A DNA stretch of 64,000 nt from Candidatus Sumerlaeales bacterium (GCA_038243585.1 JBBSQY010000001.1:64001-128000); one strand, 5' to 3'; shown: positions 28,247 through 38,500, counted from the first letter of the stretch. Made by a program: numbers and translations. Notes: generated by a model not told the origin, from the sequence alone.

Positions 28247-28888
28247 TCACCGCCGATGTTTCAATCCTTCGCGGACCAATTCCGCGGTGGTCGCTTCCGC
28301 ACCGAGTATGTCAGACGCAGTGCGCACCGCTCGTTCGGCGGTTATGGGCTTGCAGCCGAGAGCGATAAGCGCTTCGACGGCCTCGCTTTTCTCATTTGTC
28401 ATTGGGCCCGTGGCGTACCCACCGGCTCCCGGTTCTCCATCTGCGCCCGACTGTCCGTCAGTGCTTCGCGGAGCCTCAAATACCATGTCCTTTAGCTTGT
28501 CCTTGAGTTCAAGCGAAAGGCGTTCTGCCGTCTTTTTTCCAATGCCCGGAATTCGCGTAAGGGTTTTAAGGTCCCCCTGCAATATGGCCCGTACGAATGT
28601 CGGCATCTCGATATTAGATAGAATGGCCACGGCCGTGCGAGGGCCTATCCCGCTGGTGTTCAGGAATATCTCAAATACTTCCCTCTCCTGCCGGCTTGCA
28701 AACCCGTACAGACGCAGCACTGCCTCTTGAACATAAAGGAACACGTGCAGTTCGCCGGTCTGGCCAATCTCAGGAAGCGACGTGGCCGCGGCAGCGGTTA
28801 TTTCAAGGCCATAGCCCACGCCGTTGACGTCAAGCACGACTCGTCCGCCGGATAGGCTGATCACTGTCCCACGCAGGTACTCAATCAT
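28247..28888 (-). CDS. ruvA: Holliday junction branch-migration protein
   Basis: MIEYLRG, VNGVGY, LYGF, HhH motifs GIGPRTA and IPGIGKKTAERL, ALIALG. Confidence 0.96.
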   Translation of the reverse strand: MIEYLRGTVISLSGGRVVLDVNGVGYGLEITAAAATSLPEIGQTGELHVFLYVQEAVLRLYGFASRQEREVFEIFLNTSGIGPRTAVAILSNIEMPTFVRAILQGDLKTLTRIPGIGKKTAERLSLELKDKLKDMVFEAPRSTDGQSGADGEPGAGGYATGPMTNEKSEAVEALIALGCKPITAERAVRTASDILGAEATTAELVREGLKHRR

Positions 28889-28944
28889 TTCGGGCTCTGA
28901 AACCCACTATCTATTTTCAAGCTGCGCCTGCGCTCTTCATAATT

Positions 28945-30114
28945 TCAAGCCGCAGGGGTGGCAGCTTCCGCAACCGGCTGAGCAACTACTGGAAACAGCG
29001 ATTCAATCCAAGCCTTCAAGCCAGCCAGTTCCAGGTCAATTATCACAGTCATGCCCCTTGCGGCCGCTGTGCCCTTTAGCTTAAACATTGTCGCTGCGTC
29101 GTCGCTGGAGAGTCTAGGCAACACCTCTGTAAACATTGCGGCCAGTTTGACCGCCGCATCCGCGCTGGGGCAATACAAGGTCAGTTGGCCGTTTACCACG
29201 TCTGCCGATACAAGGTCCGCAGTCAGTTTCATTCCCGAGATATCCGAAAACGTCAACTGCTTCGCGGCAAGGGATGCCGCAACACGGTCTGAAATCCCGG
29301 AGATACCCACAAAATCCTCGAACACAAATATCATGTTCGTAATACGGCTCTCCTCGTTGACCAGGGCGACAGCCAGTTCTTCACCCTCCGGCGGCTCGTC
29401 CAGGGCAAGCTGATCGACGAACCATTGCAAGTCATCAGACGGCGTTTCGCTGCGACCCACTTCTTTGGCGTAGGCAACGCCTTTCGTCATTAGCTTCTGA
29501 CTATCAGAAATAATGATTTCGGTCGGATCCAGAGACAACACGGTTGATGTGCCGGTTTCAGACACGTGTAGGGGGTAGATTTCCGCTACGCCCGACGTGC
29601 TTACCGGTTCCTTAGCAATATTTTCTTTGATAAACTGCCGCACGAGCATCCACGCCATCCGGTTTTTCAGCGGTGCGGATATGAGCACGCTTTCGTCCGC
29701 GGTCTCAGGATTATACTTCGTGTACATCAGGACTTCCGGCTGGATAATCTGAGATAGCAGGTTCTTGGAATACTTAACGAGAACTCCCACAACTTTGGCC
29801 CTGCCGGAATCCGCCTCTGAGCTTGTAGCCACGGGCTCGGATTCCGACCCTGACGACTTTTCAATACGCTGGGCAAAAAACTTAATAAATTCTTCAGATC
29901 CTTTATCATCGGGGTTTATCCGCAATATTCCAAAACCGTCCATCTCAGGATCAATCATTGAATAGCGAGCCACCTCTGGATGAGGCTTCAGGCCAAAATA
30001 AGAAAACACGGCTCCGGCGATGATCACAACAATCAGGATCATCACGCACCCGCAGGTACATCCCCAGCGCCGGCGCTTGCGGGTTGATTCATGGGCAGGA
30101 AAGTCATAACTCAT
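28945..30114 (-). CDS. Membrane-anchored hypothetical protein
   Basis: Long ORF; RRRWGCTCGC followed by one TM helix and a large soluble domain. Confidence 0.7.
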   Translation of the reverse strand: MSYDFPAHESTRKRRRWGCTCGCVMILIVVIIAGAVFSYFGLKPHPEVARYSMIDPEMDGFGILRINPDDKGSEEFIKFFAQRIEKSSGSESEPVATSSEADSGRAKVVGVLVKYSKNLLSQIIQPEVLMYTKYNPETADESVLISAPLKNRMAWMLVRQFIKENIAKEPVSTSGVAEIYPLHVSETGTSTVLSLDPTEIIISDSQKLMTKGVAYAKEVGRSETPSDDLQWFVDQLALDEPPEGEELAVALVNEESRITNMIFVFEDFVGISGISDRVAASLAAKQLTFSDISGMKLTADLVSADVVNGQLTLYCPSADAAVKLAAMFTEVLPRLSSDDAATMFKLKGTAAARGMTVIIDLELAGLKAWIESLFPVVAQPVAEAATPAA

Positions 30115-30224
30115 GAGAACCAAATCTGGAGACCACGATCAGGCAGTAAAGAGGAATCTGCATTGAGAAGAAAAAAGGGTGCATTGACCACAATTATTAT
30201 ATGCTGCCTACGTCAGCGTATAAC

Positions 30225-30254
30225 AAAAAAAGGCGGTGTCCGAAGACACCGCCT
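30225..30254 (-). terminator. Intrinsic terminator of the pilin-like gene
   Basis: Minus strand AGGCGGTGTC-TTCG-GACACCGCCT-TTTTTT. Confidence 0.9.
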
Positions 30255-30285
30255 GATTGGAATTTCAAATGAACAACAACTGGAG

Positions 30286-30969
30286 TTACTTGGTGCGGTA
30301 AGTGTCACCGGTAGAAGCTGTTCCATTAGTTGCATCATACGTGTAGGATTCTGAGCCACTTGGCGTACCAGCTCCACCAGTCGGAGCTGTTCCGACAGTT
30401 GGACCAGTGATCAGGAACGAAGACGGCAATGATTGGCTTCCACGAACGAAGGATTCAGCAGATTTACCCTGGTCAAGCTGATCTTTGGTGTCTGGGCCTG
30501 GGCTCCAGATAAGAAAACCAGCAGGGCCTGATGCGTAGCTGAAAGTTGCCTGCTTAATCTGTCCAAATGTGTCCGGAACATAAGTATTTAGATATGACAC
30601 AGGAGTCGTCAGACTGATTGGCGGAACTGTACCGGCAGCATTTTTCTTAGCAAAGCTAGGAAGGGTCGTATACGGATTTGGACTTGGGACCGGGTTTTGC
30701 AAAGCGGCTATAGCTGAGTTATAAGACTCAGAAACACCAGCTGGAGCTACGTATCCTGCGGCAGCGGTGAAAGGATAGTGCAGCGGATAAGTGCTGTTAT
30801 CAATCTGATACGTTTCCAACGCCGTAGCATAGGTTCTCTGATCGCTCAGCACGCGTGCGATTTTCGCGCGGGTCTGGGCCTCCAGGAAGTTTGGTACTGC
30901 TATGGCTGCCAGAATCGCGATGATTGCCACCACGATTAGGAGCTCAATGAGCGTGAATGCTTTTTTCAA
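30286..30969 (-). CDS. Type IV pilin / pseudopilin-like protein (prepilin N-terminal methylation motif)
   Basis: MKKA|FTLIELLIVVAIIAILAAIAVPNF; WSPGPD; strong RBS AAGGAGG before a TTG start. Confidence 0.92.
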   Translation of the reverse strand: MKKAFTLIELLIVVAIIAILAAIAVPNFLEAQTRAKIARVLSDQRTYATALETYQIDNSTYPLHYPFTAAAGYVAPAGVSESYNSAIAALQNPVPSPNPYTTLPSFAKKNAAGTVPPISLTTPVSYLNTYVPDTFGQIKQATFSYASGPAGFLIWSPGPDTKDQLDQGKSAESFVRGSQSLPSSFLITGPTVGTAPTGGAGTPSGSESYTYDATNGTASTGDTYRTK

Positions 30970-31085
30970 TTTAATTCCCTCCTTCCACTGGGAAGATATC
31001 TAATTTATTAGAGTCGCCCGTGGTTACATATATATTTTGAATTACGAATACGTTCCGCTCTTTAACCGTGTCAATGAGAAAAAAA

Positions 31086-31277
31086 TCATATCAGGCTAAA
31101 AAAGAAAACCACCACGGCCAGGGCAGCCAGAACGCCAAGAAGCCGCATAAACCTGTATAACATCGACCGGACCAGCTTTTTGCCGTCGGCATGGACCTCC
31201 ACAGCCATAGTATATACCGAACAAACCACCAACGACAAAAAAATGAGGGACGGCAGAAAAATGAGGCCTGACATCAT
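31086..31277 (-). CDS. Small two-TM membrane protein
   Basis: Two hydrophobic segments; ATGA overlap with the upstream gene. Confidence 0.65.
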   Translation of the reverse strand: MMSGLIFLPSLIFLSLVVCSVYTMAVEVHADGKKLVRSMLYRFMRLLGVLAALAVVVFFFSLI

Positions 31278-31759
31278 GCGTGTTTTTCCTCTCGAGCCGG
31301 GACTACAAGGGGGTCAGCGTCTTCGGAATAGAAATTATCCCAGGTTCCGATCATCACAAAATAGTTCATTCCGCCGCTGACCAGTAGATAAAAAGCTCCC
31401 AGATCCGCCCATGTCGCAGATTCTTCGTACGGCAACACTGCGCCGGACGGTCCCGTTAATTCCGGTAGCATACTGAGCAGGCCCAGCCCGCCATTGAACA
31501 TCTGGGTCATGAAGGTAAGGATATTTACAAGATTAAAGCCGGGGCTCCGGAAGTTAAACTCTGGCACCAGAACGGTGCCGCGCAGCCACGCCCCCAGCAG
31601 AAACGTAACCTGGAGGATGACAAAGAAAAAGATTCCTCGCCCGACAAAACCGTTCCGCATGAACCCGTACCCGGGGATAAGCCAGCTAAGCAACATAGGC
31701 CAAAATGCGGATTTCTTCTTTCGGGCGTAACTGCGGGTTTTGTAGGTAGGGGTGCTCAT
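31274..31759 (-). CDS. Membrane protein (DUF6677-like)
   Basis: LLSWLIPGYG...RGIFFF, G.FYLLVSGGMN; GGAG RBS. Confidence 0.7.
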   Translation of the reverse strand: MSTPTYKTRSYARKKKSAFWPMLLSWLIPGYGFMRNGFVGRGIFFFVILQVTFLLGAWLRGTVLVPEFNFRSPGFNLVNILTFMTQMFNGGLGLLSMLPELTGPSGAVLPYEESATWADLGAFYLLVSGGMNYFVMIGTWDNFYSEDADPLVVPAREEKHA

Positions 31760-31958
31760 TTGAATTAGGGATTCTCCTGTGACGAAACTGGTACAGTTCT
31801 AAAGGGGAAATAAATTCTCATGGGACCGTCATGGCCCAGACAGATAAAGAGCAACTAACAACAACGGTTTTTCATCCCGGTGCAATGCGGCTTGGAAAAC
31901 TGAGGTGGCGTAATTACGGGTTTCTCCTCTTGCATCGCGCGCGGACGATCACCCACCG

Positions 31959-33629
31959 TTGATTATGATTACAATAAGACGCTTAAAGCTCTCCAACCAT
32001 GCGATCCTTATCTCAATAGCGGGCTTTTGCCTGGGGCTGGCAGCTTATACCCCTTCTATAGCAGCATGGTTCTCCGCCGAGGAACTGACCGGGATTTTCA
32101 TTGTGCGCCATGATCCGTTTAACTTGTGGAGCGGGCGCGGCGGACCCGGATTTTTCCGTCCGGTAATTCCCATGATTCTGTGGGTATGGCATTATCTGTT
32201 CGGACTTGAACCGCGCCCATACCACCTGCTAAACCTGACAGTCCATCTGCTGAACACCTGTCTTGTCTATAGCGTCGCCCGTGGATGGACGCGACTGCTG
32301 CCGGAGTCCCATCGGTTGCGTTCATCCACCGCCGCCGGTGCGGCCGCCCTCCTCTTTTGGGTGTGGCCGTCGCACTCGGAACCGGTTTCCTGGATTCCGG
32401 CGCTTACGGATGTCGCTGCCGCCGTGTGGGCCCTGAGCAGCATTGCGGCTTATTTGCGTTACAGAAACGGTGGATCTTGGGGCTGGGCGTTAGGGGCCGT
32501 GCTCCTATACATAGGCGGTCTCTGCACCAAAGAATCGGTTATCACTCTGCCTGCAGCCATTTTCGCCTACGAAATCATGCGTGCGCTGCTGCTGAGGAAA
32601 TGGCGTGCCAGGGATTTTTTGTTCCCGATGGCATTTGCCGTCGTTTTTTTCAACTATTTCCTATTCAGTAGGGGTGTGACGGGGGCTTTTCTGGGGGGGT
32701 ATGGCACAGGGGTCCATTCAGACTTCTCTTGGACGCGAATGCGCTATACGCTTACGCCAAACCTCGCGAACGCGTTCCTGCCTTTGCCGGGCCTGAACGC
32801 AAATCAGACGAACCTGTTGATGCTATTTTTTGCCCTCGTGTGCGCCACTGCAATATTCTGGAGAAGCTCACGCAATTTCCGCAAAGCGGCAGGCAATCAA
32901 AGCGAAAGCGCGACGGTTGAGGTTCAAGCCTTCCGTTACGCGATACTGCCCATTATGGCGATGGCAGTGGCCGCGGTGCTCATATTTCTGCCGGGGCTCA
33001 ACCTAGTTATTGGACATATCACGGACGGACAGCGTTTTTCCTATCTTGCGTCGGCCCTCGCCGTGATCTCCGTGGCCTATACAGCGGCCTATGCGCTGCC
33101 GTCCGGGCGTTGGTTCCTGGCGATTGTGGGGTTATTGGCCATCGCCTGTGCGGGACTTCTTGCCACCTATAACACGAACTGGTATAATGCCGGGAAAATA
33201 GCCCGGAAAGGGGTGCGAGGTATGAAGGATCTTCCTCCTGCCCGAAAACTCTACGTGCTTACGACGACGGGATCCTACCACGGGGCATTCGTTCTGCCCC
33301 ACAGCCTTGATCTCATATCGCAAATGATGCTGAAAACGCCCCGCGAAGGGCAGATTATCATGGCGGGAACTGTCCGTAACTGGACTCCGCAGACCGACGT
33401 CCGCGTCAACCAAACCCACCGCGATGGCGCAATCGGATATCTCGTCCGCCTGGAAAATGAGAAACCAGATGCTGGACCGGCCCCACGCCTCGAACCTTTA
33501 AGTGGGCCGTCAGATGTTCTCGCTGCGATTAAATTGGAAGGGGAAACCCTTTATGTGCAGCCGAGGGATTTTGATCCCACACTGGACAAGGTTGTCTGGC
33601 TCGACGGCGGGACTTGGGAGCAGCTATAA
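31959..33629 (+). CDS. Multi-TM GT-C superfamily glycosyltransferase-like protein
   Basis: FFRPV...FGLEPRPYHLLNLTVHLLN, LLFWVWPSHSEPVSWI, KESVITLP, QRFSYL. Confidence 0.75.
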   Translation: MIMITIRRLKLSNHAILISIAGFCLGLAAYTPSIAAWFSAEELTGIFIVRHDPFNLWSGRGGPGFFRPVIPMILWVWHYLFGLEPRPYHLLNLTVHLLNTCLVYSVARGWTRLLPESHRLRSSTAAGAAALLFWVWPSHSEPVSWIPALTDVAAAVWALSSIAAYLRYRNGGSWGWALGAVLLYIGGLCTKESVITLPAAIFAYEIMRALLLRKWRARDFLFPMAFAVVFFNYFLFSRGVTGAFLGGYGTGVHSDFSWTRMRYTLTPNLANAFLPLPGLNANQTNLLMLFFALVCATAIFWRSSRNFRKAAGNQSESATVEVQAFRYAILPIMAMAVAAVLIFLPGLNLVIGHITDGQRFSYLASALAVISVAYTAAYALPSGRWFLAIVGLLAIACAGLLATYNTNWYNAGKIARKGVRGMKDLPPARKLYVLTTTGSYHGAFVLPHSLDLISQMMLKTPREGQIIMAGTVRNWTPQTDVRVNQTHRDGAIGYLVRLENEKPDAGPAPRLEPLSGPSDVLAAIKLEGETLYVQPRDFDPTLDKVVWLDGGTWEQL

Positions 33630-34190
33630 AAGCGGCTCAGCCTGCGGTTCAGGGGCTTCTTCCGCTGATGGCGGATCGAAAATCGTCGTAAAGGCTGTCA
33701 GGTACATAAACAGCCCAATTCCTCCAACGATGGCCATATCCGCTACGTTGAAGGTCGGCCAGAAGTGTTCTTTGCCGTTACGGATAAAGTACGCGTGGAG
33801 AAAGTCTATCACGTAACCATACCGCACCCGATCAATCAGATTGCCGACGGCGCCACCGATGATAAGCCCGAAGGACAATTGCACTATAGGCTGTTTCTGA
33901 CGCATCACGAAGGACCAGATGAGAATTCCAAAGATCATGACGCTGGATACCATCAGGATTACCCAGGGAAATTCTTCCATAAAGGAAAAGGCCGCCCCGC
34001 GATTTTCTGCCCAGCGGAAGTCAAAATACCCTGGTATGACTTCTATCCATCGCGGATATGGATAACCTCGCTCCAGGGCTGGAGCGAGGTTTTCCTTTGC
34101 CAGATGCTTTGTGTACAAATCCAACACCAGCACAAACTCTGCGGTTAGAATCATCCAGATACGCCAACTACGAAGCTTGCTCAAATACAA
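33624..34190 (-). CDS. lspA: Lipoprotein signal peptidase II
   Basis: LDLYTK, NRGAAFS, GAVGNLIDR, VIDFL, PTFNVAD. Confidence 0.95.
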   Translation of the reverse strand: MYLSKLRSWRIWMILTAEFVLVLDLYTKHLAKENLAPALERGYPYPRWIEVIPGYFDFRWAENRGAAFSFMEEFPWVILMVSSVMIFGILIWSFVMRQKQPIVQLSFGLIIGGAVGNLIDRVRYGYVIDFLHAYFIRNGKEHFWPTFNVADMAIVGGIGLFMYLTAFTTIFDPPSAEEAPEPQAEPLL

Positions 34191-34196
34191 TACCGC

Positions 34197-35453
34197 TTAG
34201 GCCTTTCCGGCTTCCAGCAAACGAAGGCAGGCTACACAATACCGCGCGTTTGGCTTGGCTTTAAGACGCTCGAAATCAATGTTTTGCTGGCACCGGTTGC
34301 AGGTTCCGTAGTCCCCGGTTTCGATGGACCGCAATGCATCATCGATCTGGATGAGCTGTTCGGCTTCAATATTTCGAATTGCCAGGTCTGTCTCTACTTG
34401 GATATTATCCGTGGCGCTATCTGCCAACTGCAACGAAAAGCCCGGTTGCTGCGAGTCGTCGCTGTCGGAGCTTGGTGTTAAGGAACGGTCGTCCAGCGTA
34501 CGCATTTCCTCAACAATTCGTTCCCGTTCATGCAACAGCATCTGCTTAAGCTTTACTAAATCTTCTGGCTTAAGCTTACGCCCTGGTTTGGACTGAGGTT
34601 GCGGAGCAGCGGACTTGATGCTAATTTTGTTATTATCTGTTCCGGATTTGCTGTCGTTTGTAATCATCGAGTTTTTTTCCTTCCCCTTAACTGCGGGTTT
34701 GGAAGTCTCTTTAACAGGATTCGGACCAGACATCACAACGGCCGGCGCAGCGAATTTTTCTGTCGCTTTATCCGTGGCACGGACAACGGTTCTGTTCGTG
34801 GCTTTACTTAGCTTGGCAGGAGACGGTATAGGCGTTCCCGCGTCTTTCCCCTTCGGATTGACTGAGGGAACTTTCTTGGCAGGAACCGGCGCTAAGGCCT
34901 TTCCAGCCGCTGATTTACCTTTAGCTGATGGTTGTGCTTTTGCAGTGCCAACGTTCTTGGGTGCTGGTGAACTGGCCGCTTTGCCGATAGAGCCAACTTT
35001 GGTCGGTTTGGCAGCGTCTTGCTTTTGCGTTTTTGTAGAAGTTTCAGTTGTTTTGGATTTTGTGTTCTTTACAGGTGCGGATTGTTTTGCCTTTGGTGCG
35101 GCGGCGGGAGCCTTGACGGCAGATTTCGACGTCGCCTTAACGGCAGGTTTTGCAACAACCTTGGCCGCAGGCTTCGCGGCAGGTTTGGAAACAGGCTTGG
35201 CCGCAGCTTTTGCAGGCGACTTTGACGCCGACGTGGCCGACTTGCTCGCCACTGCCGTTTTTGCTGGGGCAGCAGATTTCGCGGGCGCGGCTTTGCCGGC
35301 CGGAGTGGCAGCCTTTGCGGTTACGGCCTTCGTAGAAGATTTAACCGGTGCCTTGGCGACGGTTTTATCTTTGGCTGCCTGTGTTGTGGCGGCCGGTTTG
35401 GCCACCGTCTTTTTAGCGGTTGCCTTGGCTACCGTTTTCTTGCCTACAGCCAT
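34197..35453 (-). CDS. DksA/TraR C4 zinc-finger protein with a long Ala/Lys/Pro-rich N-terminal extension
   Basis: C-terminal IDDALRSIETGDYGTCNRC...ERLKAKPNARYCVAC; AGGAGG RBS; lies between ileS and lspA. Confidence 0.88.
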   Translation of the reverse strand: MAVGKKTVAKATAKKTVAKPAATTQAAKDKTVAKAPVKSSTKAVTAKAATPAGKAAPAKSAAPAKTAVASKSATSASKSPAKAAAKPVSKPAAKPAAKVVAKPAVKATSKSAVKAPAAAPKAKQSAPVKNTKSKTTETSTKTQKQDAAKPTKVGSIGKAASSPAPKNVGTAKAQPSAKGKSAAGKALAPVPAKKVPSVNPKGKDAGTPIPSPAKLSKATNRTVVRATDKATEKFAAPAVVMSGPNPVKETSKPAVKGKEKNSMITNDSKSGTDNNKISIKSAAPQPQSKPGRKLKPEDLVKLKQMLLHERERIVEEMRTLDDRSLTPSSDSDDSQQPGFSLQLADSATDNIQVETDLAIRNIEAEQLIQIDDALRSIETGDYGTCNRCQQNIDFERLKAKPNARYCVACLRLLEAGKA

Positions 35454-38304
35454 GCTCTGTGTGCCTCCTCAAGACATTTCCACATCGGTCGCATAACCCC
35501 GGATACTCCGCATCATTACCGGTATCCGGTAATATGCGCCAGCACCTTTCACATTTCGAGCCCTCTGCCGGCAACACCGTGACGTGCACGATATCTCCCT
35601 TGAGAGACGTGATCACGTTATCCGCACCGATGTCGGCTCCAGATTCCGCGACTTCCGCCTGCGACGTGATAAAGAGTTCAGGCAACAGCCCGGCCTTTTC
35701 CCGTAACAGCTCAGCCAGTTTTCCATCGCCGGGCTGCACAATGACCCGCGCTTCCAGGCTTTGGCCGATGGCTTTCTTAATTTGGCGAGCATCTTCGAGC
35801 GCACGCAAAACGTCGTTTCGCACGGCCAGAAGTTGCTGCCAGCGAGCGCCAATTTCGGGCTGATTCCATGAATTTGGCAACTCATTAAAGGGGAGCAGAT
35901 GAACGCTCTCTATAGTGCTGTCAAGATATTGATACGCTTCATCGCAAGTAAATACCAAAATCGGCGCAAGCAGCCGCAAAAGGGTGATGGCAACGGCATG
36001 TTGAGCCGTCTGCGCCGCCCTGCGATTGGCGCTGGTTTCTCCGCCGCAATACATACGGTCTTTGGTTATATCCAGGTAGACGGAGCTAAGCTGAACCACG
36101 CAAAATTGCGTGGCCTGGTGATAGATCCGATGAAACTCATAATCGTTGTAAGCCTTTTGGATTGAGGTATTCAGAGTGTAAAGTTCATGGAGGATCCACT
36201 GATCTATTTCCTGAAGCTGATCATAAGGGACAGCGTCGGTTTCTGCGTTGAAGCCTTCCAGATTTCCCAGCAAATACCGCATGGTGTTACGGACGCGGCG
36301 ATACCCTTCCGCCACACGGCTCAGGATTTCTTCTGAAACCTTTACATCGTTGCGATAATCTTCGCTGGTCACCCACAGGCGCAGCACGTCGGCGCCGTAT
36401 TTTTTGACCACTTCGTCCGGTGCGATCACGTTGCCTTTGCTCTTGCTCATGGCCTCGCCCTTGCCGTCCAGCACGAAACCATGCGTAAGCACGGCCTTAT
36501 AAGGCGGAGCGCCCTTGATTCCCATGCTGGTCAGCAGTGACGTATGAAACCAGCCGCGATGCTGATCGCTGCCTTCGAGATAGAGATCTGCCGGCCACTG
36601 CATATCCGGCCAGTGTCCGCTTTCCAGCACGGCGAGATGGCTTATCCCGCTGTCAAACCACACATCGAGAATGTTCTGTTCCTTCTCAAAATCCTGGCCG
36701 CCGCATTGTTTGCATTTCGATTCAGGAGAAAGAAACTTTTCAAGCGGTTCACTCCACCAGCAATCGCTTCCGTCGCGGGTGGCCTGCTCACGCACCTTTT
36801 CGATCACCTCCGGCAGCAGAGACGACGTGTTGCAGGACTGACAGATCACGGCCGGGATGGGAACGCCCCACACCCGCTGGCGCGACAGGCACCAATCCGG
36901 ACGCGCGGCCATCATGTTGCGAATGCGATCACGGCCCCAGGCCGGAATCCACTTGATGGTGTTGTCGATCTCGTTGATCGTTTTGTCGCGCAGGTCTGCA
37001 TGATCCACCCGCATAAACCATTGTTCCGTCGCCCGGTAGATGATCGGGTTGTGACAGCGCCAGCAGTGGGGGTAACTATGGGCGTACTGCTTGTGATTGA
37101 CAAGCAGGTGCTTCTCATCCAGGTAACGGATGATCGGCGTATTGGCTTCCCAGACGGACATGCCCTCCATGAGAGAGAACTTCTCCGTAAAACGTCCTGC
37201 ATGATCGACCGGCAGATAAACTTCCAGATCGTATTTCCGACCAACAATAAAATCGTCCATGCCGTGGGCCGGCGCCGTATGAACCGCACCGGTACCCGCT
37301 TCCAGAGTCACATGCTCGCCCAGGATAACCATGCTGGTGCGGTCGGGAAACATGGGATGCTCCAGTAGCGCTCGTTCAAGTTCCCGGCTGCTGACTGGTT
37401 TCACTATAGTAAATTTTTCGATGCCGGCGTCTGCCGTAAACGACTCAACCAGTTCCCGGGCTACGATATAATCATCTTCGCCGTCGCCGTCAATTGCCGG
37501 GACGCGGATTGCCACGTATTCGAGGTCTGGATGCAGAGACACCGCCATGTTGGCGGGCATTGTCCAGGGGGTAGTAGTCCAGATGACAACGGACGGGCGA
37601 TTGAGCCCCTCCAGCGCCGGGATGGTCTCTGGTGATTGAAACGGAAATTTTACATAAATTGCCGGTGACTCGTGGTTTGCGTATTCCACTTCTGCGTCCG
37701 CCAGGGCGGTCTGGCAGCTTGCGCACCAGAACACGGGTTTCAAGCCCTTATAAACGTAATCCTTCTCAACCAGTGCCTTGAGCGCGCCAAGCTCGCTCGC
37801 TTCGAATGCAGGGGCCAGGGTCAGATAGCGCTGCTCCCAGCGGCCGCCAATGCCCAGCCGCTTAAAAGCGTCTTCCTGGGTCTTTACCCATTTCTGGGCA
37901 TATTCGGCGCACTTTTTCCGAATATCCAGAACCGTCATGTCCAGCTTTTTGCGGCCAAGATCAGACGAAACTTTCAGTTCAATAGGCAGGCCGTGACAGT
38001 CCCACCCGGGGACATAAGGGGAGTTATATCCGGACATTGTGCGCTGGCGCACGAGGATGTCTTTAAGAATCTTGTTTAGGGCATGGCCCACATGGATTGC
38101 GCCGTTGGCGTAAGGAGGGCCGTCATGCAGAATGAACTTTCCCTTACGTGCGGTAAGATTATCGATCTTACTCTGCAAGCCGATTTCGGTCCAGCGTTTA
38201 AGCACTTCCGGCTCGCGCTGGTTGAGGTTCGCCCGCATGGGGAAGCCGGTTTTCGGCAGTAGGATTGTTGCTTTGTAGTCGTTTTTCTTATCTTCAGTGG
38301 TCAT
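35413..38304 (-). CDS. ileS: Isoleucine-tRNA ligase (type 1)
   Basis: DGPPYANGAIHVGH, GWDCHGLP, WTTTPWT, EGSDQHRGWF, AMSKS, C-terminal KCERCW...CDRC. Confidence 0.98.
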   Translation of the reverse strand: MTTEDKKNDYKATILLPKTGFPMRANLNQREPEVLKRWTEIGLQSKIDNLTARKGKFILHDGPPYANGAIHVGHALNKILKDILVRQRTMSGYNSPYVPGWDCHGLPIELKVSSDLGRKKLDMTVLDIRKKCAEYAQKWVKTQEDAFKRLGIGGRWEQRYLTLAPAFEASELGALKALVEKDYVYKGLKPVFWCASCQTALADAEVEYANHESPAIYVKFPFQSPETIPALEGLNRPSVVIWTTTPWTMPANMAVSLHPDLEYVAIRVPAIDGDGEDDYIVARELVESFTADAGIEKFTIVKPVSSRELERALLEHPMFPDRTSMVILGEHVTLEAGTGAVHTAPAHGMDDFIVGRKYDLEVYLPVDHAGRFTEKFSLMEGMSVWEANTPIIRYLDEKHLLVNHKQYAHSYPHCWRCHNPIIYRATEQWFMRVDHADLRDKTINEIDNTIKWIPAWGRDRIRNMMAARPDWCLSRQRVWGVPIPAVICQSCNTSSLLPEVIEKVREQATRDGSDCWWSEPLEKFLSPESKCKQCGGQDFEKEQNILDVWFDSGISHLAVLESGHWPDMQWPADLYLEGSDQHRGWFHTSLLTSMGIKGAPPYKAVLTHGFVLDGKGEAMSKSKGNVIAPDEVVKKYGADVLRLWVTSEDYRNDVKVSEEILSRVAEGYRRVRNTMRYLLGNLEGFNAETDAVPYDQLQEIDQWILHELYTLNTSIQKAYNDYEFHRIYHQATQFCVVQLSSVYLDITKDRMYCGGETSANRRAAQTAQHAVAITLLRLLAPILVFTCDEAYQYLDSTIESVHLLPFNELPNSWNQPEIGARWQQLLAVRNDVLRALEDARQIKKAIGQSLEARVIVQPGDGKLAELLREKAGLLPELFITSQAEVAESGADIGADNVITSLKGDIVHVTVLPAEGSKCERCWRILPDTGNDAEYPGLCDRCGNVLRRHTEHGCRQENGSQGNR

Positions 38305-38370
38305 GGCGGATTGAGAAATAGGCGTGCGGGTGCAATATTCCAGTCAAATTGCGCACTATAAGTAAAAGAA

Positions 38371-38500
38371 GTCGCATAGGCGTCTCGCCTGTGTAAAATC
38401 AGCGGTAATGATCAGGCTGCAGGATAGAACGGGCGTGGTCTTCCGCGGCTACTTCATCTGACCCCCGACTGACTCGTCACAGGCGAGACGCCAACGCGAC
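38371..38500. repeat. REPIN-like element: two 23-bp inverted REP-like arms
   Basis: GTCGCATAGGCGTCTCGCCTGTG (38371-38393) and CACAGGCGAGACGCCAACGCGAC (38478-38500) are complementary at 21 of 23 positions; each arm has an internal palindrome. Confidence 0.85.

Noticed and set aside
36436..36465. IleRS AMSKS in place of KMSKS
   Set aside because: The first position of this motif varies among class I synthetases and the catalytic second Lys is intact.
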